The position numbers and the translations under genes were made by a program. A stretch of DNA of 64,000 bases from Desulfovibrio sp. (lineage in GTDB: Bacteria; Desulfobacterota; Desulfovibrionia; Desulfovibrionales; Desulfovibrionaceae). The notes under the pieces were generated by a model. The model was not told where the DNA came from. It made no database searches and was given only the letters and a program-made list of their open reading frames with translations. Location: positions 1,083 through 65,082 of the forward strand of contig JAVBMX010000010.1 in the NCBI GenBank assembly GCA_031551885.1, read 5' to 3'. Numbering within the stretch: position 1 is the first letter of the stretch; each line of letters starts with the position of its first letter. Below, piece after piece: positions 46,657-55,232 of this stretch.

Positions 46657-47207
46657 GGAGACCTCCTTTTGTTGAAGTGGATAAAAAACAATCGCGCGTC
46701 GCCGTCCTCGCCGTTCGGCTCCGCCACCGGAAACGCGGCCGGTTTCAGGGTGAACCCCAAACGTTGCAGAAATCGGCTGTTGCGCCCGTCGCCCTCTTGT
46801 TCCAAGAGAAAGTTGGCCAAGCCCGAGAAACGCGCCCGCTGCAACGGCAACAGCAACCGCAGACACCACGCCGCCACGCGCGGAACCGCATCGAGGGCCG
46901 GCACGCCGACCATCCAAGGGCTCCCCCAGGGAAGAGCCTCGGGAACCGGCCGCGTCTCTTCCAACGCAACCACCCCGCCGACGGCCAGGGTTTCCCCCGT
47001 GACCTCATGAACCAAGGCGTACCGAAAATCGGACCGGGCAAAACTCCGCTCAAGGCGCTCCGCAACCGAGAGCCCTCCGCTGGTGAGGCGTTCGAGCGTC
47101 TCGGCTTCATGGCGATCGCTCGGCCGCAAATCACGACCGACGGCCGCAAGATGCTCAGGGCCGGCGGCGACCAGGGCGAACCCGTGGAAACGGGCGAGCG
47201 CGCTCAC
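46647..47207 (-). CDS. T7 gp13-like / GNAT-fold virion-associated protein
   Basis: DLRPSDRHEA, LAVGGV, GSPWMVG, SRFLQRLGF; located after tube B. Confidence 0.7.
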   Translation of the reverse strand: MSALARFHGFALVAAGPEHLAAVGRDLRPSDRHEAETLERLTSGGLSVAERLERSFARSDFRYALVHEVTGETLAVGGVVALEETRPVPEALPWGSPWMVGVPALDAVPRVAAWCLRLLLPLQRARFSGLANFLLEQEGDGRNSRFLQRLGFTLKPAAFPVAEPNGEDGDARLFFIHFNKRRSPCA

Positions 47208-49306
47208 AGTTCCCCCACTTCCAGTTCGTGAGCAACGGCCATCAAGGTGAAGGGCAAGGGATCATCCTGGCGGAAGTAGACCCCGCCTTCGATGGAGGCG
47301 TCGGAGTCGATGAGCATGGAGCAATCGCCGCTGAACAATGACAAAGCCTTGCCCATTTCGTGCGGAATGCGGCGGAAAAGCACGTCCCGCAAATGCTCCG
47401 CATCCGGGCCGACCTTGCAGCCGAGGGTCCGATACAGCCGGAACCGCACCCGGCCGACCCTGCGGGTCATGCCCAGGGCCGCGCCCTGGGCTTCGGCCAG
47501 CTCCGAGGCCATAGGCGCGATGTCGGAGACGTACCCCAAGCCAACATGGATGGCCGACGCCGGGGTCTTCAGGGCGACCGCGCCGTTTGTCACCACCTGG
47601 GGCGGGTGCACCCAGCCGTCGGCCAGAATCTGGACCTCCTTGCCTTCCAGATGCCCCAGACCGGAAAGCCGGGTGGTCGGCGGCCCCTGGTAGGAAAGGC
47701 CGGAATCCACAAAGAACGCCGCTTCGGCCTTGGGCACGCTCAAGGGCGCGTCAAAGGGCGGGTCCATGCGCTCCAGGGTACGGACGGTCTTCCAATTGCC
47801 GGTGAGGGGATCGCGGCAGTCGCGCCGCACCACGAACCAGGCTTCGTCATGTCCGGTTGACGGAATTACGGTCACGGACTCCACCCGCCCGGCCGTATCG
47901 TGCCGGTGCCAGGCCGCAACCTCGTGTTCCTTGATCAAGGTCAACGCGGCCAGGGTGCCGTCGTCGAGCACGCACCAAAGCACCGAATGCGGGCCTGCCT
48001 GCCAGGACCAATCCACAATGCGGCGCTCGCGAAAAATGTGCTCGGCCAGAATGGTCATGTCCGTACCGCTGAAACTGTCGGAATCCAGGAAGTAGCGAAA
48101 CTCCCGCACCACCTTGCCCCCGCGCTGCACGTAGAGGACCGTGTCGCCCACGGTCAGGGCGGGCAGATCGGCCGACCCCCAGGAGCTGTGGCGTTGCGCC
48201 TCGCACGAAAGAGCGGAAAACGGCTCGCCCCCCGCGCCGGAAAGGGTCCATTCGCCGTCTACCGTGCCGATCAACAGCTTGCCGGCCGGCATCATCCAGC
48301 GCACGGCGTTGACCCGGTCGGCCGCGAGGGTCACGGTGCAGGCGTCGTCGCTTTGCAACGGGTAGGAAACATTCAGGTTGTCGTAGTTGCCCGTGCGCCC
48401 GGCCCAGATGGTCTGTGGAGCCCTATCGGACGCCGCGAAACATAGACGCTGTTGATAGAACTGCACCGCGGCCGGGTAAGCCCCGTCGCCGTCGAAGGGG
48501 TCGCGGGCTTCAGGAACGCCGCAGGCGTAATCGGCCGTCTGGCCGCGATCCACATACGACATCCCCACGGATCGCCCGACCAGGCCGAAACTGCCCGACC
48601 CGCCGCCGCCGCGAAACACGCGGTATTCCCGCGCTTCCGGCACGGCCTGCCAGGTCAGGGTCACGTAATTGGACGTGTTCAGGGTCGCAGCCGCCGTGCA
48701 CAGGGCTTCCTGCGAAGGCAGGCTTTCCTCTTCCGAATCCGGAGCCACGGCGGTGACCACATAGGCGTAGCTTCGTTCGGCCGCGCCGGTGGGCGTGGCG
48801 ACCACGTTTTCAGGCGCGGCGACACAGGGACCGAAACGCATGGTTTCCAAGCGCCAGTCGGCGTGGCCGTAACGCATCAGCTTACAAGGCGGCATATTCC
48901 GGGACACCAGATACATGACGTCGCCGGAACGGCAGTGGCGCAGGTTCCAAATGTGCTCGCCGTCGAACGGAGTCGCCAGGGCAAACGGTTGAGCGGAGGC
49001 GTCCAAAACAAGGCCTCCGTTGTGCCAGACCCGCAGGCCGAGGTGGAAGAACTCCAGCACGTAGGCCTGTTCCTCATTGAACACGAACGGAACAAGGCGC
49101 ACCGGGCGGGCGGCCTCGCTCTGCACGGCCGCCTCGCCCATAAAGCGCAGGCCGGGACGCCGGAACACCGCGCCGTGGGGGGTGCAGAGCATGTTGCGCA
49201 GCACCCGACAGCCGGTGCCGTAGCGCCCCTGGTCCATGCGCGCGCCCATGAAGGGCGACAGCTCGCCGCTGTTGAAGCTTGTTTGAACGATGGTGGTGCG
49301 GGCCAT
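47204..49306 (-). CDS. Tail tubular protein B (T7 gp12-like nozzle)
   Basis: QTSFNSGELSP, G.VFRRPGLRF, YPAAVQFYQQRL, AWHRHDTAG, FVDSGLSY, GLGHLEGKEVQILADG; 700 aa, intact. Confidence 0.88.
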   Translation of the reverse strand: MARTTIVQTSFNSGELSPFMGARMDQGRYGTGCRVLRNMLCTPHGAVFRRPGLRFMGEAAVQSEAARPVRLVPFVFNEEQAYVLEFFHLGLRVWHNGGLVLDASAQPFALATPFDGEHIWNLRHCRSGDVMYLVSRNMPPCKLMRYGHADWRLETMRFGPCVAAPENVVATPTGAAERSYAYVVTAVAPDSEEESLPSQEALCTAAATLNTSNYVTLTWQAVPEAREYRVFRGGGGSGSFGLVGRSVGMSYVDRGQTADYACGVPEARDPFDGDGAYPAAVQFYQQRLCFAASDRAPQTIWAGRTGNYDNLNVSYPLQSDDACTVTLAADRVNAVRWMMPAGKLLIGTVDGEWTLSGAGGEPFSALSCEAQRHSSWGSADLPALTVGDTVLYVQRGGKVVREFRYFLDSDSFSGTDMTILAEHIFRERRIVDWSWQAGPHSVLWCVLDDGTLAALTLIKEHEVAAWHRHDTAGRVESVTVIPSTGHDEAWFVVRRDCRDPLTGNWKTVRTLERMDPPFDAPLSVPKAEAAFFVDSGLSYQGPPTTRLSGLGHLEGKEVQILADGWVHPPQVVTNGAVALKTPASAIHVGLGYVSDIAPMASELAEAQGAALGMTRRVGRVRFRLYRTLGCKVGPDAEHLRDVLFRRIPHEMGKALSLFSGDCSMLIDSDASIEGGVYFRQDDPLPFTLMAVAHELEVGEL

Positions 49307-49309
49307 ACG

Positions 49310-49912
49310 CTACCTCACCGCCAGCCAGGGGTCTTCGCCGTAGCGCGCGGATATCTCGGCCGAACCGTCCTCAACGGCGTCGGCCGTTTTGGCCGCTTCA
49401 AGAGCCTCCTGGGAACGCCGGGTCATGACGTCCTCCATGCGGGCGCTGTTCAGCAGGGGCACGGCCAGGGCCGCCGCCAGTCTGCGGGCCAGGGCTTCAG
49501 CGAAAAGCGGCGGGTAACGGGAGGGCTCGTCCAGGGCTACGGTCAGCAGGGCACAGGCGGGGGCCGCGTCGGTCAGAAGCACTCCCCCGGCCCGCAGGCT
49601 GTACGGCCTTTCCGGGTCAAGCCGGCGCACGGCCAGGCAATCAACGGGCAGGCGGTAGGCCAGGGCGAACGTTTCACCCTCTCCGGCCGGACCAAGGGGC
49701 GCGAGCGAGAGCCGTTTACAGGCAAAACTCCAAGCGTGGGAGGCAAGCAACTCATTGCGGGCCTCCGGGTAGGCCCTGGCGCACAATTCCGCCTCGCGCC
49801 CGGCCTGGGCGAACGAAAGGATCTGGGCCGCGCCGAGATGCCGCAGGGCCTTGTTGCAGATGGCGACCTTGCTTTGGATGCCGCCGCTGTGAATGGAAAA
49901 TGCGGAGCTCAT
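49310..49912 (-). CDS. Tail tubular protein A (T7 gp11-like adaptor)
   Basis: ICNKALRHLG, LLASHAWSFA, AYRLPVDCL, FAEALARRLAAALA, AKTADA. Confidence 0.88.
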   Translation of the reverse strand: MSSAFSIHSGGIQSKVAICNKALRHLGAAQILSFAQAGREAELCARAYPEARNELLASHAWSFACKRLSLAPLGPAGEGETFALAYRLPVDCLAVRRLDPERPYSLRAGGVLLTDAAPACALLTVALDEPSRYPPLFAEALARRLAAALAVPLLNSARMEDVMTRRSQEALEAAKTADAVEDGSAEISARYGEDPWLAVR

Positions 49913-50085
49913 TTCCCGCCTCCTTCCGGTTCAAGCGCTCGACGGGCGGTTTCGAGCAATTTATAAAGAACGGGCAGGGGCAAAGCCGGAGCGACGGCAA
50001 TGCCGAGGGCCGTGAGCGCCGCCGTTACGGCCGCCCGGCTGAAGCGTTGCTCTTCCCGCCGGAGGGCAATGGGATCATCGGCCAT
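49909..50085 (-). CDS. Small hypothetical protein (58 aa) with one hydrophobic segment
   Basis: GAAGGAG RBS; MADDPIALRREEQRFSRAAVTAALTALGIAVAPALPLPVLYKLL...; overlaps the tube A start. Confidence 0.55.
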   Translation of the reverse strand: MADDPIALRREEQRFSRAAVTAALTALGIAVAPALPLPVLYKLLETARRALEPEGGGK

Positions 50086-50201
50086 GGGTTCTCCTTCCGA
50101 GTCGGTTTCAAGGTGTAAGCGTCCGCGCGCATGCGCGCGGGCCGGCAGGTACATCGCACGGCCGCCGGGCTTTCCAAACGAGCGCGTCGAGCCCGCGCGG
50201 G

Positions 50202-50232
50202 GGGAGCGCCGGATTCCGAACCCGGCGCTCCC
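50202..50232 (-). other. 11-bp hairpin between head and tail genes (stabiliser or attenuator)
   Basis: GGGAGCGCCGG...CCGGCGCTCCC immediately after the cement gene stop. Confidence 0.45.
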
Positions 50233-50239
50233 TTGGCGA

Positions 50240-50641
50240 TTACCGGGGCAGGTATTGGAAGAACACGTCCACCGCGCCGGAGGCCGAGGCGTCATCCGTG
50301 CCGAGCACGACCCGCACGTAGCGGCGGCAGTCCGAAGGCAGCGGAATTCTGCCCAGGATCGCGCCGGTGTCGCGGGTGAGGACGGAGGCTCCGGCCATCA
50401 GTTTGAAGGTCAACGGCAGCGCCGTGAGGGCGGCGGCATCGTCGCCGTCTTCCAGAATTACGGTCAGGCTTTTGCCGGCCGCGATGGTCACGGGGGAAAC
50501 GGCTTTGACCACGGCTTCGGCCGCGCCCATCATGGAACCCGCCCGCTGGGGCCCGCCGTTGCCGGCGGTCTGCGTGTTTTTGGGCAGGGTCTGATTTTGG
50601 GCCAAGGCCTCACCGTGAATGCGAAGCTGATGATCGTACAT
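50240..50641 (-). CDS. Capsid cement/decoration protein (Bbp16-like)
   Basis: MYDHQL...ALAQ, RIPLP..CRRYVRV; follows the capsid gene. Confidence 0.75.
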   Translation of the reverse strand: MYDHQLRIHGEALAQNQTLPKNTQTAGNGGPQRAGSMMGAAEAVVKAVSPVTIAAGKSLTVILEDGDDAAALTALPLTFKLMAGASVLTRDTGAILGRIPLPSDCRRYVRVVLGTDDASASGAVDVFFQYLPR

Positions 50642-50663
50642 GCGCGTTCCTTTGCGGTTGCGG

Positions 50664-51578
50664 TTACAGGACGACCTTTTTCTCGGCGCCGTCTTTGAAG
50701 TTGTAGGAGGTGATGATCTCGATGCCGTTCCAGTGGCTGATGCGCCGGTCCAGTTCCTTGGAGTCCGGAGTGATGTGCAGGGCCGTCTGCTTGTAGCGGA
50801 ACAGCATGTTGCGCACCTTTTCGTGCATGAACAGGTAGGTGCTGCCGGAACCGGCCCGCACCGAGGCCAGCAGATCGTCGATCATGGCTTCCGTGGGCTG
50901 CTTCTGGGCGCTGATGTTGACCAGCGAGGCCACGGAGTTTCGGCCGGCGATCTGCAACCCGAGGTAGGCCTTCAGGCGCATGCCGTAGACCAGAATGCCC
51001 TGGTGCTTGCCCGAGGGGGCCTTGTACAGCGCGCCGTCGTTGATGCCTGCGGAATCCAGCAGCGTACCCTTGACGAAGCACTCGGGGGAGTAAAGGCCAC
51101 AGGTCTCACCCGAGATGAAGCGCACGGCCAGAATGCTGTAGCAGCCGTCGGCGGTCGCGCCGCAATCCACAGCCGTCTTGTTCTTCAGCGAGTAAGCTCG
51201 GAAGTTGTCGTACAGGATGCGCTCTTCCGCGCTCATGCCGGACTTGCGCAGCACCTTGGGCAGTTTGCGGGAAAAGTAGGATTCCTTGCCGCCGAAAAGC
51301 TTGGCCGTGTCTTCCGGGCATTCGATCTCCCCGCCGAGGATGGAAAGGTCCACCTTGCGCAGGTTGCCGGAAACATCCACGGCGGGCAGGGGGCCGTTCA
51401 TTTCCACCCAGCCGGCACCCTGGATTTCATCCACTTCCTCATACATGTTCCACAGGCCGTGGCTGGCCTTTTCAAAAGGGATGACGGCCAGGACGGGGGC
51501 CTCTTCGGTCAGTTGGTCCACCTGCTCCAGTTGCTGAACCGCGAACTTGGTGGACAGTTCCTTCAACGTGCTTCCCAT
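50664..51578 (-). CDS. Major capsid protein (HK97 fold, Bbp17-like)
   Basis: TLKEL...QLTEEAPVLAVIPFE, WVEMNGPLP, DLSILGGEIE, WNGIEIITS; position between scaffold and cement; AAGGAG RBS. Confidence 0.8.
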   Translation of the reverse strand: MGSTLKELSTKFAVQQLEQVDQLTEEAPVLAVIPFEKASHGLWNMYEEVDEIQGAGWVEMNGPLPAVDVSGNLRKVDLSILGGEIECPEDTAKLFGGKESYFSRKLPKVLRKSGMSAEERILYDNFRAYSLKNKTAVDCGATADGCYSILAVRFISGETCGLYSPECFVKGTLLDSAGINDGALYKAPSGKHQGILVYGMRLKAYLGLQIAGRNSVASLVNISAQKQPTEAMIDDLLASVRAGSGSTYLFMHEKVRNMLFRYKQTALHITPDSKELDRRISHWNGIEIITSYNFKDGAEKKVVL

Positions 51579-51613
51579 TGCTTTGCTTTCTCCTTGTTAC
51601 AGGTTGAGGTGGT

Positions 51614-51739
51614 TAAGGCGGTCCGGTTTGGCGTGATACTGCGTCAGGCCGCGCTTTTTGTTCCGGGGCAGGACCGAAGAGTCCAGCCCCATCGCAAAAA
51701 GCTTGCCTTCCTTGTCTGACGTCAAACTGAACCGCCCTA
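51614..51739 (-). repeat. Family-C palindromic element
   Basis: The reverse complement GGTTCAGTTTGACGTCAGACAAGGAAGG...GGGGCTGGAC..GTCCTGCCCC...CCTGACGCAGTATCACG aligns closely along its length with 55107..55224. Confidence 0.88.
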
Positions 51740-51757
51740 CTTAGGGACAGGCAGCTA

Positions 51758-51849
51758 CCCCCTCATCTGTCGGCAAATCCGTGCAAAGCACGGTTTTGCC
51801 GACAATGGGGGTGCAGGGGCCGCCCACCCTGAGCGAAGCGAGGGTGGGC
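51758..51849. repeat. Family-B palindrome plus GCCCACCCT hairpin
   Basis: CCCCTCATCTGTCGGCAAATCCGTGC-AAA-GCACGGTTTTGCCGACAATGGGGGTGCAGG; inverted homologue of 42268..42345. Confidence 0.85.
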
Positions 51850-51979
51850 AAAGTATCGTAAGCCCCCTGCCAGGGGGACTGGAGTGCGGCCCGCGTTGCG
51901 GCAAGACAGCCTTGTTTACACCGCGGGAGTGCTCCCGGCTGATAGACCGACGCAGTCCTGTTTGCGTCCCCCAACCCGT

Positions 51980-52558
51980 TCAACGATTCTTGAACACCAC
52001 TCGGCGGAGGTATTCCTCGGTGCTCATGGGAGCTTTGGGAGCCGCCGCGCCGGGGGCCGTGCCGATGCTGTCCTCGGCCATGTCCCGCCCGAGCAGGGCC
52101 ATGAGTTCGCCGAAGGCCGGGTGGTTGCCCAAGCCGGCGTTGACCAGGGGCATGAGCCGACCGCCCATGCGTTTGTCCAGGGCGAAACAGGTCCGTCGGG
52201 CCTTGGAAAGCTGTTCGTCGTAGCGGGAACCCCACTTGGCCCGCAGCTCGGCTTCGCAGCGCTCCTGCATCTGCTCGGCCAGACCGTTTTGCTCGGTCAT
52301 ATAAAAGCTCACGGCTTTGGCGGCCTGTTCGGGGCTCAAGCCCGCGCTGCCGCAAAACTGTTTGAAACGACCCAGCAGGGCCTGATCCACGTGTTCGGCG
52401 GGAAAACCTTCCGGAAGAACGGCATCATAGGCCTGCGGCTCGATTCCGCCGGCCGCGGAGGCAAGGCCGAGATCTTCCGATGCAAAGGGTCCGCCCGCCG
52501 CAGAGGACGGATTTTCCCCTCGGGCCGGCGACGCGGTCGCGTACATTTCCTGACTCAT
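51980..52558 (-). CDS. Capsid scaffolding protein
   Basis: AGGAGG RBS; YDAVLPEGF, AGLSPEQA, LRAKWG, GLGNHP...LLGRDMAED; located upstream of the capsid gene. Confidence 0.78.
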   Translation of the reverse strand: MSQEMYATASPARGENPSSAAGGPFASEDLGLASAAGGIEPQAYDAVLPEGFPAEHVDQALLGRFKQFCGSAGLSPEQAAKAVSFYMTEQNGLAEQMQERCEAELRAKWGSRYDEQLSKARRTCFALDKRMGGRLMPLVNAGLGNHPAFGELMALLGRDMAEDSIGTAPGAAAPKAPMSTEEYLRRVVFKNR

Positions 52559-52569
52559 GAAACCTCCTG

Positions 52570-52962
52570 TTACGGGTTGGGAGTGGATTGCCCGGCACAA
52601 CGCCGCATTCCGGCAAGGTGGATGCGTAAAAACCCCACCGGATCGGCGACGACCGCCTCGGCCATGCGTTCGCGCGCATAGTCGAAAAGAGCCGCCGCGG
52701 CATAAATTTGCGGAGCGGGAAGACTCACGGCCCCATAGGCCTGGGCCTCATCAAGCCAGCGGCGCAAAACCCGCAATCCCGCCCCGCCGGGCATGCGCAA
52801 GACCGCGCGCAGGTCTTCGAGGTACCGGGCGCGGATACGTTCCGGCGCGCCCTCTTCACCGCCCTTGTCTTCCTGGGCGGCGACGGATTCCGCCGACAAA
52901 TCAAGGGGAAGCAGCAGCTCCCGCAGGGCTTCCGTCGTTTCGCGGGCGTCGGAATCGGTCAT
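52570..52962 (-). CDS. Bbp19-like hypothetical virion morphogenesis protein
   Basis: DLRAVL..PGG..LRVLRRWL; position between portal and scaffold. Confidence 0.7.
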   Translation of the reverse strand: MTDSDARETTEALRELLLPLDLSAESVAAQEDKGGEEGAPERIRARYLEDLRAVLRMPGGAGLRVLRRWLDEAQAYGAVSLPAPQIYAAAALFDYARERMAEAVVADPVGFLRIHLAGMRRCAGQSTPNP

Positions 52963-54581
52963 GCCGGACCTCCTTGCGCGGCGTCGGGATCCGTGGCCCG
53001 CAGGAACCCTTGCAGGGCCTCGGCCAGATCCGTGCCGCCGGCTTCCCCCCCGGCCGGCCGCGCCGGGGCGCGCAGGGCCGCGACCTCGGCGTCGGACCGC
53101 ACCAGACGCGCGGGCACGCCGGAAATGGCTGCCAACTCGTCCACCGCTTGATCGAAGTCGATTTTATCGAGCACGCCGGGAGACACGGCGGCCATGGAGG
53201 AAACCTCGGCCGCGAGCCGGCGCACCGCCTCGGCCCCGCCCCGGCGCTGGGCCTGGGCCAGAGACGAGACGTATTCCACCTTCAGCTCGCCGCCCCGCAG
53301 GGCAAGCGGCGCCTCCGGCAACAGTCCGGCCCGCGAGGCCAGCCCGAAGACCCGAACCAAGAGCGGATCAAGAATCTCGGTCTGGTGCCGCTCGATGACC
53401 GGCCCCAGCAGGAGCATCTTTTCCTCGCCGCGTTCGGCGATTTCGGTGGCCGTGATGTTCGAGCGCCCTTCTCCGGTGAACATCATGAACAAATCGTTAA
53501 AGAACCCTTCACGCACGGCCCGGCGCACGTCCTCAACCGTGCGGGCCATGGCCGAAAGATCCGGCGAGATCTGATAAAGAGGCCCGATGCCTTCGGGCTG
53601 ATGCGGGTTGACGTAGTTGATCGCGCCGGGGATGAGCGAAAGCCGCTGCTTGAATCCGGCCGGCACGCGCATGGGCGGGTTGACCATCTTGTGCACGGCC
53701 AAAAGCCGGCTGCGGGTCATCTCCTGAAGCATGCGCACGTCGGGCAGAATCTCCATGGCCGGGGAACGGCCGTAGATGTCGGCTCCGAGCACGTCCCAGC
53801 GGGCGCAGAGGAAAGGGAACTCCTCAAAACCGCCTTCGTGGAGCAGGCCTTCGGCTTCCTTGGCCTCCCAGACCAGAGAGGCATAGGGCATGTGCAGGTT
53901 GCCGAAGGCGGCCGGGTTGCGTTCCGGCCTGGGCATGACCAGGTGCATGACTTCCAGGGGCGTGTCGGGCTTTTCGCGCAGCAGGCGCTTGGTTCCCCGG
54001 CTCAGGGCCTCCTCGCCGAAAGCCGAAGCCAGTTGGCGCGGCGTCATCAGAATGCGCCGCAGCACCGTGTCCACCCTGCCCGCCGTGTCGCAGGCCCAGG
54101 CGAATTCGCCGCAGGTCGGGCAGGCGAAGCGCAGGTGGCGGTCCGGGTCGCTTTCCACATACAGGCAGGCCGAGCCGAACAGGGCCAGTTCCATGTACAT
54201 GGAGTGAACGGCCTGGTAGAAGTTGGAACCCGCCAACAGGCTGTAGAGGTTCTGCTCGACCACATCGAGCCAACGGCGTTCCGGGCCGGACTCCGCGTCG
54301 GCGTCGCCGCCGCGTTGCAGGCGGAACCACGGACGCGCCGGGCTGGTCAGGCCGCTGTGCAGACCGGCGGCCAGCACCCGGAGCGCCCGGCCGGCCGTGC
54401 CGTCGAGAATACGCTCGCGGCTTTCGGCCTCGTCGTTGCCGGTGGTTGGGCCGGCGTCAAAGCGGCCGCGCCAGGGGGCGATCCACAAGGCCGCTTCGCG
54501 CCAACGCGGCACCCAGTCTTTTTTTCGTTCTTCCAGGAGCCCGGCCAAACGGCGGGCCTCACGCAGGCGTGCGTCTTCCAT
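52959..54581 (-). CDS. Portal (head-tail connector) protein, T7 gp8/Bbp21-like
   Basis: LAAGLHSGLTSPARPWFRL, SNFYQAVH, LFGSA, RWDVLGADIYGRSPA, ITATEI.ER.EEK..LLGPVIER, VEYVSSLAQAQ; 540 aa, intact. Confidence 0.93.
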   Translation of the reverse strand: MEDARLREARRLAGLLEERKKDWVPRWREAALWIAPWRGRFDAGPTTGNDEAESRERILDGTAGRALRVLAAGLHSGLTSPARPWFRLQRGGDADAESGPERRWLDVVEQNLYSLLAGSNFYQAVHSMYMELALFGSACLYVESDPDRHLRFACPTCGEFAWACDTAGRVDTVLRRILMTPRQLASAFGEEALSRGTKRLLREKPDTPLEVMHLVMPRPERNPAAFGNLHMPYASLVWEAKEAEGLLHEGGFEEFPFLCARWDVLGADIYGRSPAMEILPDVRMLQEMTRSRLLAVHKMVNPPMRVPAGFKQRLSLIPGAINYVNPHQPEGIGPLYQISPDLSAMARTVEDVRRAVREGFFNDLFMMFTGEGRSNITATEIAERGEEKMLLLGPVIERHQTEILDPLLVRVFGLASRAGLLPEAPLALRGGELKVEYVSSLAQAQRRGGAEAVRRLAAEVSSMAAVSPGVLDKIDFDQAVDELAAISGVPARLVRSDAEVAALRAPARPAGGEAGGTDLAEALQGFLRATDPDAAQGGPA

Positions 54582-54582
54582 A

Positions 54583-54813
54583 CTATTGCCCCAGCAGGGT
54601 TTTGCGGGAAACGTCCGCTTGCGTGGTGTCGCCCAGGGTGCCGGTCAAAATGGTGGACTTGCGCCCGCCGGCCAAGGCGGCCGCTTTTTTGGCTTTGTCC
54701 GACGCGCGACGTACGGCGTCGGCCTCTTCTTCGCGCAGGGTCTCCGGCTCGGCCGGCAAAGGTGGGGGGGTATACTTTTCAGGTTTGTAGGATTTTCCGC
54801 CGCCGCCTCCCAT
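54583..54813 (-). CDS. Small phage protein typically preceding the portal
   Basis: AAAGGAGG RBS; MGGGGG...GRKSTILTG...KTLLGQ. Confidence 0.75.
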   Translation of the reverse strand: MGGGGGKSYKPEKYTPPPLPAEPETLREEEADAVRRASDKAKKAAALAGGRKSTILTGTLGDTTQADVSRKTLLGQ

Positions 54814-55093
54814 GGAAGCCTCCTTTGGTTGTGGTTGACGCAATCGACAATGCCCTCGGCGGGTTGCCCCGGGCGTGTGGAAGGGTCATACACCCGGCCT
54901 TTTGGGCAAAAACGACGGGAAAGGGGTGGGAAGGGGGCGGGCGGGTTGTCCCGTGCATGCCGGGCATATGCGGGCCGCTTTTACCGGCGTGCGGGCAAAC
55001 GGCAAAACAACAATAAAATTGCACTGTTATAAAAGCGACATAAAATATTGACAAAACGATTCGCCCGAGGTTTTCCAACCGAACTTTCGGCAT

Positions 55094-55232
55094 ATGGGAC
55101 GGTACCGGGGTCAGTTTGTCGTCAGACAAGGAAGGTGAGTTTTTCTGATGGGGGCTGGACTTCTTTAGTCCTGCCCCCGGAGGAAAAATGAAGCCTGACG
55201 CGGTATCACGGCGAACCGACCCCGGTACCCAT
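55094..55232 (+). repeat. Family-C rod-like palindromic element
   Basis: GGTACCGGGGTC / GACCCCGGTACC arms; CAAGGAAG...CCTGACG core; inverted homologue of 51614..51739. Confidence 0.85.

Larger units (their letters stand above)
43018..54813 (-). mobile_element. Podovirus-derived (BPP-1/T7-like) virion gene module lacking terminase, integrase, replication and canonical lysis genes: GTA-like or domesticated prophage
   Basis: Fifteen co-oriented ORFs with canonical order small-protein/portal/Bbp19-like/scaffold/capsid/cement/tube A/tube B/gp13-like/gp14-like/fibre/chaperone. Host genes lie on both sides; no tRNA or att repeat was seen. Confidence 0.85.

Noticed and set aside
51915-51960. Minus-strand GGGACGCAAA...GGTCTA...AGCCGGG resembling a c-di-GMP-I riboswitch upstream of the capsid gene
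   Set aside because: The upstream GGCAAA/GNRA stem is absent (the scaffold stop codon is ~10 nt before), and GACGCA pairs locally with TGCGTC as a simple hairpin.
55094-55232. Rod-shaped RNA that could be 6S or SRP RNA; internal GGAGG-ATG 23-aa ORF at 55188
   Set aside because: It lacks the SRP GNRA/GGAAGCAG motif and 6S conserved boxes, and is a paralogue of the family-C repeats at 51614 and 45928. The mini-ORF is not obviously preserved in the other copies.
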